DNA from: a virus
Virus record (IMG/VR): IMGVR_UViG_3300020477_000014
Coordinates: 1 to 64,000 of that record
Reading direction: 5' to 3' (one strand)
DNA: 64,000 nucleotides
Below are positions 8,411 through 17,145 of this stretch, piece by piece. Each line of letters opens with the position of its first letter. Within the stretch, counting starts at the first letter, position 1. Made by a program: the position numbers and the translations under genes. The notes under the pieces were generated by a model. It did no database searches. It worked only from the letters and a program-made list of their open reading frames with translations, and was not told the DNA's origin.

Positions 8411-9148
8411 ATGAAATATATATTGTTGGGGTTGATTTTCTTATTTGGTATTGCGGAGGCTAGCGCTAGGGAAAATGATTCTACAATAATCACTGAGCCT
8501 GTCAATTCTTCAATGACGAAAGTAGAGAAGAAGGTGAGAAACGCGTCAGTTAAAATAATGGTTGGGAATGGTCACGGATCTGGATCTTTAATAAAGTATC
8601 GTGGTTCTCAATTTATTCTAACAGCTAATCACGTGATTGATACCAAAAGAGCATATTTTGGCATGCCTATTCACGTAATTGGCATTAATGAAACAAAAGT
8701 AGCTTCACTAATTTATTTTGATAAAGCTCACGATATAGCTGTCTTATTTCTCCCAAAGAGTGAATACTTTACATATACTGCCCCCATTAAGTGGAATCCC
8801 ATGAAAGAATTGCCAAAAGTGGGAACTCCCATTACTTATTCTGGATTTCCCTCCTGGCACAACCTATTAACATTTAGAGGGCGTGTTGCTGGATATGAAA
8901 CTATCCCCAACGGTGGTCCTCAAGTTATTCTAAATGTGTTTGGATGGTTTGGTTCCTCTGGGGCGATTGTGTATACTAATGAAGGGAAAATAGTGGGAAT
9001 ATTGTGGGCTGTTGATATGGAAAGATATCCCACAAAACAAGTAAATGAGAATATTGTGTGGGTTTCTCCAATTGGTCATCTAGATATGGCAGTACCTCTT
9101 AAAATTGTGTGCGACAATTACATTAAAAAAATTAGAAGTTGTGAGTGA
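8411..9148 (+). CDS. Secreted trypsin-like (S1) serine protease
   Basis: Signal peptide; GSGS, LTANHV (His), HDIAVL (Asp), GSSGAIV (Ser). Confidence 0.8.
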   Translation: MKYILLGLIFLFGIAEASARENDSTIITEPVNSSMTKVEKKVRNASVKIMVGNGHGSGSLIKYRGSQFILTANHVIDTKRAYFGMPIHVIGINETKVASLIYFDKAHDIAVLFLPKSEYFTYTAPIKWNPMKELPKVGTPITYSGFPSWHNLLTFRGRVAGYETIPNGGPQVILNVFGWFGSSGAIVYTNEGKIVGILWAVDMERYPTKQVNENIVWVSPIGHLDMAVPLKIVCDNYIKKIRSCE

Positions 9149-9153
9149 AAAAT

Positions 9154-9873
9154 ATGTCTTTGAAAAAATGGAATATATTCAAAGAAGAGGCTACCAAAAC
9201 TCTTTATATTGTGGGCATTGTGGCGTGTTTAAATGAAAAACAAGAATTTCTTTTAGTTAAGCGCTCACAGACAGATAAAATAAAGCCAGGATATTGGGAA
9301 TTTCCTGGTGGACATGTAGACAACAAGGATGATTCAATTGAAGAAGCCGCAGCAAGAGAACTCAAAGAGGAAGCTGGTTTATCTTGTGATGTGGAAAATT
9401 TAAAATATTTAGGGTTTCAACAAACCAAAAGATTGTCAGTGGAACAACCACCCAAAAAAATCACTATTAAGCGTTACTTCTTTTTAAGTACACAGTGGTC
9501 TGGTGTGCCTCAGATTGTTGCCAACCCCCAAACGGGTATTGAAGAACACGATGATATTAAATGGGCAACAAAAGAAGAGATTTTAAGCATAGACAATACA
9601 GAAATACCACACTATTTATTAGACAAAGCGCTAGACATGATGAAGACAGATGAAGGAATTTCTTCTAATGACCCTCGAAATAAAGAAAAAGATAAAGCCG
9701 GTCGCAATCGAAGTCGCCCAGATCGAATCCGAGAGACAGAAGACGAGGAATGTGGTCTTCAAGACGAAGGGGTATCATCCAATGACCCTCGAAATAAAGA
9801 AAAAGATAAAGCCGGTCGCAATCGAAGCCACAAAGACCGCATTAGAGAGGAAGAAGAACTAAAAAATGACTAA
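9154..9873 (+). CDS. NUDIX hydrolase with duplicated charged C-terminal tail
   Basis: Nudix box GGHVDNKDDSIEEAAARELKEEAGL. Confidence 0.85.
   Translation: MSLKKWNIFKEEATKTLYIVGIVACLNEKQEFLLVKRSQTDKIKPGYWEFPGGHVDNKDDSIEEAAARELKEEAGLSCDVENLKYLGFQQTKRLSVEQPPKKITIKRYFFLSTQWSGVPQIVANPQTGIEEHDDIKWATKEEILSIDNTEIPHYLLDKALDMMKTDEGISSNDPRNKEKDKAGRNRSRPDRIRETEDEECGLQDEGVSSNDPRNKEKDKAGRNRSHKDRIREEEELKND
9667..9827 (+). repeat. 47-bp exact direct repeat, 114-nt period (9667-9713, 9781-9827)
   Basis: AATGACCCTCGAAATAAAGAAAAAGATAAAGCCGGTCGCAATCGAAG twice; encodes NDPRNKEKDKAGRNRS twice. Confidence 0.9.
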
Positions 9874-12370
9874 TTTTCATAAAACATGGTATAACTTTGT
9901 TAGAGAAGACAAAGAGGTATCTCCGAAGCCAACATTAACCGAAAACACCGATATTTATGGCAAAATCGATGAAAAGCTCCTTCGCGAGCTTACGGAAGAT
10001 GAAGTCGATCACATTGAGGATGTTTTGTCCAGCATTGATCCCGATGAAATGCCTTTCAATAACCTTTTTCAAGGCAATATGAGGCTTATTTTGCCGTTTA
10101 ATACTCTCGACATGGACACCGATATCGGCAGATTTATCAAATTTTGGGATAACCTTTACCAAGGATACGATGAAGAAAGACAAGAAACTATCGGGTGGAA
10201 ATGGGAACCTGATTTTTCTACTGGAAAAGCCACAAGAAGTCGCCCTCTTTATAAAACCAGCAGAGATTTTAAAAATGCAGATAAAGAATATACTGCAAAA
10301 AAGACAGATGCACTAGCTAGAGATCTTACAGGAGGGGTAATACCGGACGAATGGACGAAGGTTGACACACCTAAAAGATCGCCAGAAACCATGAAAATTG
10401 GCAAAATTTTGAATAAAATCGCTAATTTAATAGCCAAATACCGGGAATATCAAAAACCTCGAGGTGAAAAACTATCGAGCGAAGAACAAACCGCAGCTAA
10501 CCGCCTATATAATGCGTTATATAATCTCACAGGAAACACTACCAAGGTGGATCGGATTATTGCTAACCCCGAGCAAGTACAAAATTTTGCTCGATGGTGG
10601 GAACTTACGGGCGCTGGGTTGTTCAAAGGTGATAAAAACGCCGGAAAAAACAATAATTATTCAATAATTGTCACCAGAAGCCCGATTGATGTCCTTAGAA
10701 TGGCAGATTTTGACAATATTCAGTCATGTCATTCTCCGCCATCGCGCGGTGGACAAGCAGAATATTATAAATGTGCTGTGGCCGAAGCCCAAGGACATGG
10801 TGCCATCGCATATATTGTCAAAACAGAAGACTTATTTAACGAATATGATGGCAAAACCCTGGAAGAGATTCAAAATGACGAAGATTTTCAGACCGAAGAG
10901 GTGTTCTGGGATAAGGAAAGAAGCGAAGGACGTATTACGCCTCTATCACGTGTTAGATTGCGGCAAATGCGATATTGGGACAAAACAGCAAACCCAGAGG
11001 ACAAGCCCCCAGGAATGTCAAAGTGGGAGTGGACGCAGGCTTCAACGCCCGGTACTGATTTAGCTGTGCCGGAGGCTCGTGTATATGGGCAGAAATTTGA
11101 AGACTTTCGAAAGACTATGGTTAGGTGGGCTAGCGAAAACCAAGAAGAACAGCTTAAAAATGCCCCACGAAAAGACGGAAAGGTCAATCTAGATAGGTTT
11201 GTAAAATATGGCGGCTCTTATGAGGACAACACCTCTGGTACTTTGGTGATGGATTTGTTTCCGCCAGATACCGAAGCAGAGGGGCGAATTGAGCAGAACA
11301 CCAAAACCGAAGATGAGCTAGATGCCAACATTCTCGGTGGCATGCGGGATCGATGGATTCAAGAGTGTGACGATATGACCACCAGTTATAATAATCGCAT
11401 GCAAGCATGTGAGGTCGGATATGAGATAGAGGATGACGGCGGTGGATTATATATTGAAGTTAAAGCAACAATGTATATCAAGTGGGATGAAGACGAATGG
11501 GAGAAGTGGCCCAACGCGCAAGACGTATCTTATCTCTTAATGGACGCAAAAGAGTACGGATGGTTTCAATGGATGAACCCAGATTATCCTTCCAGTTTTC
11601 AAAAAATTGGCAAAGTTTGGGTTGGGGCTGATCAGGTTGGTTTTTTCTTTGCAATTGAACCAAATGAAAACACATGGGACCACGGACATGTCGCCAATGA
11701 TCCGACCGTATATGAAGAATGGTGCCAAACCATAGATCGGCTTGACGATGGGTATGACCAAATCAAAGCGATCATATCTAAAGTTGCCAAACAACATGGA
11801 TGGATGAAAGGCGGCAAATTTTTGAACTTCGCCCAAGAGGTACACAACGGAGATATTCAGTCTTACGAATGGGAGATGGAAGCTGACGGGGATTATGACG
11901 AAACCCATGAAATCACAGCCGCAGCCAAAATTCAGATCCCATGGAGTGAAGTTGTTTTTAACTTTGGTGAAAACGTTGATCGCGCACAAATGTTGAAGAT
12001 TTTAGAATCTCGCGAGTTGCGGTTAGCTTTTAGAAAAGATATTTTAACGGACATCATGAAAGAGAATGATGTTCCATATTGGTTACAAGTCGGCGGTAGA
12101 GGATTCATTACCGATGGAGAAGAGGGAGAGTGGGAAATGGAATATTGGCCTTATTTCTTGTTAACCGAAGACGATCCAGAAGAGATGATTGAAGTCTTCA
12201 AAGACCTTGTGGAAGGAGATACAGACGACGAAGATCATCTGCGAGATTCTCTTATTATCAGTATTCAAGAAGTAATGAAAGAAAATCAAATACAAGAAAA
12301 CATAAGTCGTTATAGTTCTAAAGATGACAAATTCTTTGTTAAACGATGGAAAGCGAACTTTAAGCGATAG
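9866..12370 (+). CDS. Large acidic hypothetical protein, 834 aa
   Basis: Long ORF; Trp/Phe-Glu start MTNFHKTWYNFVRE; central SPIDVLRMADF...SCHS...CAVAEA block. Confidence 0.8.
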   Translation: MTNFHKTWYNFVREDKEVSPKPTLTENTDIYGKIDEKLLRELTEDEVDHIEDVLSSIDPDEMPFNNLFQGNMRLILPFNTLDMDTDIGRFIKFWDNLYQGYDEERQETIGWKWEPDFSTGKATRSRPLYKTSRDFKNADKEYTAKKTDALARDLTGGVIPDEWTKVDTPKRSPETMKIGKILNKIANLIAKYREYQKPRGEKLSSEEQTAANRLYNALYNLTGNTTKVDRIIANPEQVQNFARWWELTGAGLFKGDKNAGKNNNYSIIVTRSPIDVLRMADFDNIQSCHSPPSRGGQAEYYKCAVAEAQGHGAIAYIVKTEDLFNEYDGKTLEEIQNDEDFQTEEVFWDKERSEGRITPLSRVRLRQMRYWDKTANPEDKPPGMSKWEWTQASTPGTDLAVPEARVYGQKFEDFRKTMVRWASENQEEQLKNAPRKDGKVNLDRFVKYGGSYEDNTSGTLVMDLFPPDTEAEGRIEQNTKTEDELDANILGGMRDRWIQECDDMTTSYNNRMQACEVGYEIEDDGGGLYIEVKATMYIKWDEDEWEKWPNAQDVSYLLMDAKEYGWFQWMNPDYPSSFQKIGKVWVGADQVGFFFAIEPNENTWDHGHVANDPTVYEEWCQTIDRLDDGYDQIKAIISKVAKQHGWMKGGKFLNFAQEVHNGDIQSYEWEMEADGDYDETHEITAAAKIQIPWSEVVFNFGENVDRAQMLKILESRELRLAFRKDILTDIMKENDVPYWLQVGGRGFITDGEEGEWEMEYWPYFLLTEDDPEEMIEVFKDLVEGDTDDEDHLRDSLIISIQEVMKENQIQENISRYSSKDDKFFVKRWKANFKR

Positions 12371-12374
12371 CCCT

Positions 12375-12382
12375 CTACTTAC
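12375..12382 (+). promoter_or_regulatory. Putative phage promoter motif CTACTTAC
   Basis: Intergenic, before ATG 12403. Confidence 0.5.
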
Positions 12383-12402
12383 TTTAGAAGGGGCGCTTAT
12401 GC

Positions 12403-12741
12403 ATGGACAATGCGTATGATTATATTGAGTTTTCAAAAGGCGATTTAATAGTTGATCGAGCTTATAAAGAAATCGGAATTTTAGTAAAAAGATCTCGTGT
12501 TATAAACCCAGTTACAGAATTCAAACATGGAGATAATTGGGTAGAAAAAACGTTTTCCTGGGGATGGGAAGTTTTATGGATAAAGAAAAAAGAAAATTCG
12601 GGAAACATTGGGCCCTTCAAAAATCTAGATCGAGTTTTAACAGAAAGCGGCATGAAGGATTCTATTTTTGCTGGTACTCTCGAACACTTTCGAGCCGGAA
12701 GTACGCATGGAATTGATCTCGACACATATATGCAAAGGTAA
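12403..12741 (+). CDS. SH3/KOW-like protein, Trp-rich subfamily
   Basis: FSKGDLIVD...IGILVKR...GWEVLW...ESGMKDSIFAG. Confidence 0.65.
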   Translation: MDNAYDYIEFSKGDLIVDRAYKEIGILVKRSRVINPVTEFKHGDNWVEKTFSWGWEVLWIKKKENSGNIGPFKNLDRVLTESGMKDSIFAGTLEHFRAGSTHGIDLDTYMQR

Positions 12742-13138
12742 AGACGTAGGGGTTCACGGGAACCTCTTCGGAGGTGTTATGCTTTCATGGCTTGATGAGG
12801 CTGGCGGTGCATATGCCGGACAGTGTTGCGACACCCCTCGCATGGTGACAGTAAGAATGGGAGAAACCTGCTTTAAAAAACCTATTCGCGTCGGGCATGT
12901 GATTAAGATATATGGCGAAGTGGTGAGAATAGGCACCACATCTATTACCTTAAGCCTGGAAGCTCGAAGGCATTCGGTCTATAATGGCACTCAAGTGGTG
13001 GCTTGCACTACTAAAATTGTCTTTGTGCGAGTTGATGGTGACGGCGAAGCTATTCCTCTTGGTGATAAAGCAAGAAGAAAGTATGCTAAACAACTTAATG
13101 GAGAAAAAACATGCCAGATACAGGACATCGCGGACTAA
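12707..13138 (+). CDS. Acyl-CoA thioesterase, HotDog fold (YciA-like)
   Basis: DVGVHGNLFGGVMLSWLDEAGG, MVTV, FKKPIRVG, VVRIGTTSI. Confidence 0.85.
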   Translation: MELISTHICKGKDVGVHGNLFGGVMLSWLDEAGGAYAGQCCDTPRMVTVRMGETCFKKPIRVGHVIKIYGEVVRIGTTSITLSLEARRHSVYNGTQVVACTTKIVFVRVDGDGEAIPLGDKARRKYAKQLNGEKTCQIQDIAD

Positions 13139-13142
13139 TTAC
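13135..13142 (+). promoter_or_regulatory. Putative phage promoter motif CTAATTAC
   Basis: At the upstream stop codon, 27 nt before ATG 13170. Confidence 0.45.
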
Positions 13143-13169
13143 AGGTGTCTAATTTAAGGAGATGCAAAA

Positions 13170-13499
13170 ATGCCTCATAATGAAACCGGATGGGAAAATT
13201 ACTCCCGAATAGTCCTACAACAACTTGAGGGGCTAGCCAAGAGTATTGAAGGGCTCCGGGATGAATTTCAAGCTATCAAAGATCAATTGACCGAATTGAA
13301 AGCAAAAGAAGATCGAGTACAAGAACTCAAAGCCTGGAAAGAGCGCGTGGATGAGGTAGCCTCTCCTACTCAATTTAAATCTGCGTTGAGAGATTTGGAA
13401 GATCTAAAAACATTTAAGACGAAAGCAATTACTGTCTTTATGGTGGTGCAATTTTTTATGGCTTTCTCTGTATGGATAACTAAATTTATTGAATTTTAA
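13170..13499 (+). CDS. Coiled-coil protein with C-terminal membrane anchor (holin or XhlA-like)
   Basis: Heptad-rich body, then AITVFMVVQFFMAFSVWI. Confidence 0.5.
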   Translation: MPHNETGWENYSRIVLQQLEGLAKSIEGLRDEFQAIKDQLTELKAKEDRVQELKAWKERVDEVASPTQFKSALRDLEDLKTFKTKAITVFMVVQFFMAFSVWITKFIEF

Positions 13500-13507
13500 G
13501 AGGAAAT

Positions 13508-13660
13508 ATGTTATTTAGTTTTGATAAATTCTGGAAAACAATAATATTACTAATCATTACATGGATTTGTTACGGAATTTGGGGTTATGAGTTCTGTGTT
13601 ATAACACTTTTAGCTATTTTAATAACAACTCAATTCGAAAAAACGGTTTCTTTTTTCTAG
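13508..13660 (+). CDS. Small membrane protein, 50 aa (not in ORF track)
   Basis: GAGG SD; MLFSFDKFWKTIILLIITWICYGIWGYEFCVITLLAILITTQFEKTVSFF*. Confidence 0.55.
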   Translation: MLFSFDKFWKTIILLIITWICYGIWGYEFCVITLLAILITTQFEKTVSFF

Positions 13661-13676
13661 ACATGTCAATAAGGCA

Positions 13677-13684
13677 CTAATTAT
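13677..13684 (+). promoter_or_regulatory. Putative phage promoter motif CTAATTAT
   Basis: Intergenic, before ATG 13716. Confidence 0.45.
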
Positions 13685-13715
13685 TAATAATTTAAGTGTT
13701 TTGGGTATATATATT

Positions 13716-13982
13716 ATGGAAAAAAAGGACAATTTTGGCGAAATGCTAGCAAAATCCTTAAATATCGGTGATTTAGTACAATGGTCTAAGTGGAATAGCC
13801 AAAATGATAAATGGGAAGAGCATTATGGCATCATTTCTTCTATTACAAATGAAATTAAAGCCAACAGAATGGTCTCTATTTCTCGAGTTATACCCATTCA
13901 GGACCAAGCCACAGAATTAGAATTTTTTACTGTTAGTTTAAGACTAGTTTCGCCCATCAAAGACAAGCAAATTAGCCAATGA
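13716..13982 (+). CDS. SH3/KOW-like protein
   Basis: LNIGDLVQW...HYGIISSI...FFTVSLRLVS. Confidence 0.65.
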   Translation: MEKKDNFGEMLAKSLNIGDLVQWSKWNSQNDKWEEHYGIISSITNEIKANRMVSISRVIPIQDQATELEFFTVSLRLVSPIKDKQISQ

Positions 13983-14311
13983 AAACACAAATTGACCATA
14001 TAGCGCTCCTTGTAGACGATTTAGAGATCGCCGAACGTTGGTATTTGGACAAATTATCAGCAAAAACCCAATATAAAGACCACAAATACATCAGATTAGA
14101 GTTAAATAACACTATTTTGGCTCTAATTTCTCGAAAACACTACAATTATGCCCATTTTGGGATTTTGGTGGAAAAATATGAAGATTTACCGTTGGATCAA
14201 GGACAAATTTCAAAACATCGCGATGGAAGTGTGGGAGTTTACGCAAAAGACCCATTTGGGAACTATTTAGAGTATATTTGGTATCCTTCCGAAGAAAAAG
14301 AGGAATTTTAG
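13979..14311 (+). CDS. VOC/glyoxalase family protein
   Basis: IDHIALLVDDLEIAERWY...HFGILV...YAKDPFGNYLE. Confidence 0.85.
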   Translation: MKTQIDHIALLVDDLEIAERWYLDKLSAKTQYKDHKYIRLELNNTILALISRKHYNYAHFGILVEKYEDLPLDQGQISKHRDGSVGVYAKDPFGNYLEYIWYPSEEKEEF

Positions 14312-14313
14312 TC

Positions 14314-15225
14314 ATGATCGACGCAATTTCGCCCTTAATTAAGCAATTTTTGCCTTTTGCGCAAGAAAAAATGGGTTTTAAGCATCCGCCGCGGCTTTTT
14401 TTAAGGGGAGATGCTCAAAATGCCGAAAATCCGCTTGGAAAGACGGCGTTTTACGACCCAAACAACGTTTCGGTGACTTTATACACCACTGGCCGTCATG
14501 TTAAGGACGTTATGCGCTCTTTGGCGCACGAATTGGTCCACCATACACAATATGAACGCGGAGAATTCGAAAATTGCGGTGAAATGGGGGAAGGATACGC
14601 TCAAAATGACGAACATTTAAGAGAAATGGAAAGAGAAGCCTATGAAATGGGCAATATGTGCTTCCGAGATTGGGAAGATGGCATAAAAAATACTATTTAT
14701 TTTGAACATTTACAAAAAGGAGAATTAAAGAAAATGTCAACAAAAGATTGGAAAAACAACGAAATTAAGTCCCTGCTTTCAGAAGCATGGGGATTTAAGA
14801 TGGATTTAAACAAATTAAACGAAGTTTCCACAGAAGACCCGAAAGCACCCGATGATGAAACAAAAGGCGATGCTACTACTGAGACGGAAAAAGAAGATCT
14901 TAAAGTAAACGAAGAAGAAAATGACGAAGCGCTTCAAGAAGATTCTGAGGCAGCCGAAACTCGCCATTATAGAGACAACGCGATGAACGATGATGATCAC
15001 ATTAAGGCGATTAAGCACCATTTAGATGCTCTAGAGAAAGATCGCAATTATGACGAAGAGCATATCGACGAAGAAAAGGTTAATGAAAAGTCAGGCCGCG
15101 GGAGAATCGGACCTCACACTCGAGGTAAACCGGACAAACGTGCACGGCAAGAAAACAAAGTACGCACAATGATTCGCAAAGCTTTAAGTGAAGTAACCAA
15201 GGCACAAAAAGCCAAAAAAGGATAA
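14314..15225 (+). CDS. Zincin-like metallopeptidase with acidic C-terminal region
   Basis: LAHELVHHTQ (HExxH), later EMEREAY (third ligand Glu). Confidence 0.7.
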   Translation: MIDAISPLIKQFLPFAQEKMGFKHPPRLFLRGDAQNAENPLGKTAFYDPNNVSVTLYTTGRHVKDVMRSLAHELVHHTQYERGEFENCGEMGEGYAQNDEHLREMEREAYEMGNMCFRDWEDGIKNTIYFEHLQKGELKKMSTKDWKNNEIKSLLSEAWGFKMDLNKLNEVSTEDPKAPDDETKGDATTETEKEDLKVNEEENDEALQEDSEAAETRHYRDNAMNDDDHIKAIKHHLDALEKDRNYDEEHIDEEKVNEKSGRGRIGPHTRGKPDKRARQENKVRTMIRKALSEVTKAQKAKKG

Positions 15226-15231
15226 ATAATT

Positions 15232-17145
15232 ATGGGCGGTGCAGCCGGACACATGAATCATCCCTTTGATTTGGGATGGGTAAATACGGGCTCTGACCTT
15301 ATTGACTTCTTTGATAAGGCTAAGACCTTTGTGGAGAAGAAAGGTGGCTCGAGCGTCAAAATTGACGGTGTAAATGTATCATTTAAGGTGGTCTCCGGAC
15401 CAAACGGTCATGAATTCGCTGTTGATCGCGGATCAATGAAAGAAATCGACATTGGTGGAATCACCATGGATCGAGTTGATCAGCGATTTCCGGAAGGACA
15501 TGGGATGCGGCCGGCAATTAAGACGCTTCTTACCATCCTTAATGATTCGATACAAGACACAAAGCCAGAATTAGAAGAATTAGGCATGTGGAACGATCCA
15601 TCTCTGTTCTTAAATACAGAATATGTTGCCGGTACCACTAATGTAACTTCTTATGATGAAAATTTTCTGGCTATACACGGACTAAATCAATTTTATCAAA
15701 GAGTGGCAAAGTCTGGTGCGAGCAAAGGAAATATTCGAGGCGGTGCCGAGCGACCTGTGGGGGATAACGGAAAACCTATTAAGGATCCCTCACGTGAAGT
15801 ATCGTATGATCCGTCTATAATGGAAAGTTTTATCAAAAAACTACAACCCTATGCCGAAAAATATGGATTTCAAGTATATGGGGATGTTCCTACAGACCCT
15901 ATGGGAGAAATTGATTATTCTTCTACTTTATCTCAACCCTTTACTGTCCAAATCTCACCAGAACGTGAAATCACCAAGACTCTTGGGGAATGGCTTAAGG
16001 ATGCCGTAAACCCTCGATATCAAACAATAAAATTAAAAAATGGAAAAAGAACACACCCTCTACATAAGGATCTCTATAAAACCATTCTAAATCAATCCCT
16101 TCCTGTTGTGGATTTTGTAGAAGAGGAACATGCAGAGGCAGCTATTAATGGCGCTATTATTATGCATGCAACTCGGGTATTGGGGAATGATGTATTAAAT
16201 TCGCTCACTAGTCCCATGGGTGACGTTATGAATCACGAAGGGGTTGTAATTCGAGATGAAGAAGCGTTCGGACCAAAGCCGGTAAAAATCACCGGGGAAT
16301 TCATCGTAGGTGGCATGGGGTCAGCCTTTCAGCAAGACACTTCTTTGACTGAAGAAGACTTCAACAACGACGGAGACGAACTGGATGCACGAATAACACA
16401 CCATGACACTATTGCAATTGTTCCAGGCGCCTTCAAGCCGCCCCACAAGGGGCATGCTGCGATGGTTAAAGCTTATGCTCAAATAGCTGATAAAGTTATC
16501 GTGTTGATATCTCGCCCTACCAAATTTGGACGGCGATTACCTAACGGAAGAGAAATAACTGCACAAGATTCCTTAAAGATTTGGGACTTGATGGTTGGGG
16601 ACATTCCAAATGTTGAAGTAGATATATCTTCACATGCTTCGCCAATTAATGCGGCTTATGAATATGTAGGAAAAGATGGACCACTACAGCCGGGCACTAA
16701 AGTAATTTTAGGCGCTAGCAACAAAGGAGATGATGCTTCGCGTTGGGCAGGCGCACAAAAATATGTAAAAGATGAAGTAATTCTTCTGGATCCAATACGA
16801 ACTGCGGTTGAACCCATTTCTCGAACAAACGGCGAACCATTTAGTGCGACAGACATGCGCGCGCTTATAGGGGAAGTTGAAAATGATCCAAGCGCGGTGG
16901 ATAAGTTAGAAGAGTTTATTGGGAAAGATAATGTCGCAGACCTATTGAATATCCTCGGACTCGATGCTTTCGTAGATATCGAGGAAACATCAGCCAGTGG
17001 TGGTGGAGGACTACAAGGAACTCCGGGCGCAATTGACACGAGAGACGAAAAAGACGACATTGTTACAAGAAAACTGCAAACTGAAAATAATGTAACCGTA
17101 GATGAAGTTATGAGACTAATTATGGAGAAAGGCATACTATTATGA
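15232..17145 (+). CDS. Fusion: ATP-dependent ligase-like nucleotidyltransferase plus HxGH (cytidyltransferase-like) domain
   Basis: VKIDG (motif I), HEGVVIR (IV), PVKITGEF (V); then PGAFKPPHKGH and SATDMR. Confidence 0.7.
   Translation: MGGAAGHMNHPFDLGWVNTGSDLIDFFDKAKTFVEKKGGSSVKIDGVNVSFKVVSGPNGHEFAVDRGSMKEIDIGGITMDRVDQRFPEGHGMRPAIKTLLTILNDSIQDTKPELEELGMWNDPSLFLNTEYVAGTTNVTSYDENFLAIHGLNQFYQRVAKSGASKGNIRGGAERPVGDNGKPIKDPSREVSYDPSIMESFIKKLQPYAEKYGFQVYGDVPTDPMGEIDYSSTLSQPFTVQISPEREITKTLGEWLKDAVNPRYQTIKLKNGKRTHPLHKDLYKTILNQSLPVVDFVEEEHAEAAINGAIIMHATRVLGNDVLNSLTSPMGDVMNHEGVVIRDEEAFGPKPVKITGEFIVGGMGSAFQQDTSLTEEDFNNDGDELDARITHHDTIAIVPGAFKPPHKGHAAMVKAYAQIADKVIVLISRPTKFGRRLPNGREITAQDSLKIWDLMVGDIPNVEVDISSHASPINAAYEYVGKDGPLQPGTKVILGASNKGDDASRWAGAQKYVKDEVILLDPIRTAVEPISRTNGEPFSATDMRALIGEVENDPSAVDKLEEFIGKDNVADLLNILGLDAFVDIEETSASGGGGLQGTPGAIDTRDEKDDIVTRKLQTENNVTVDEVMRLIMEKGILL

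Noticed and set aside
9667-9827. CRISPR array
   Set aside because: Only two copies, in frame inside a CDS; no array or cas operon seen in the window
9650-9862. 70-aa ORF with an internal repeat
   Set aside because: Alternative frame of the NUDIX tail duplication
15232-17145. Replicative DNA ligase
   Set aside because: No recognisable DNA-binding or OB domain; the C-terminus is an HxGH domain
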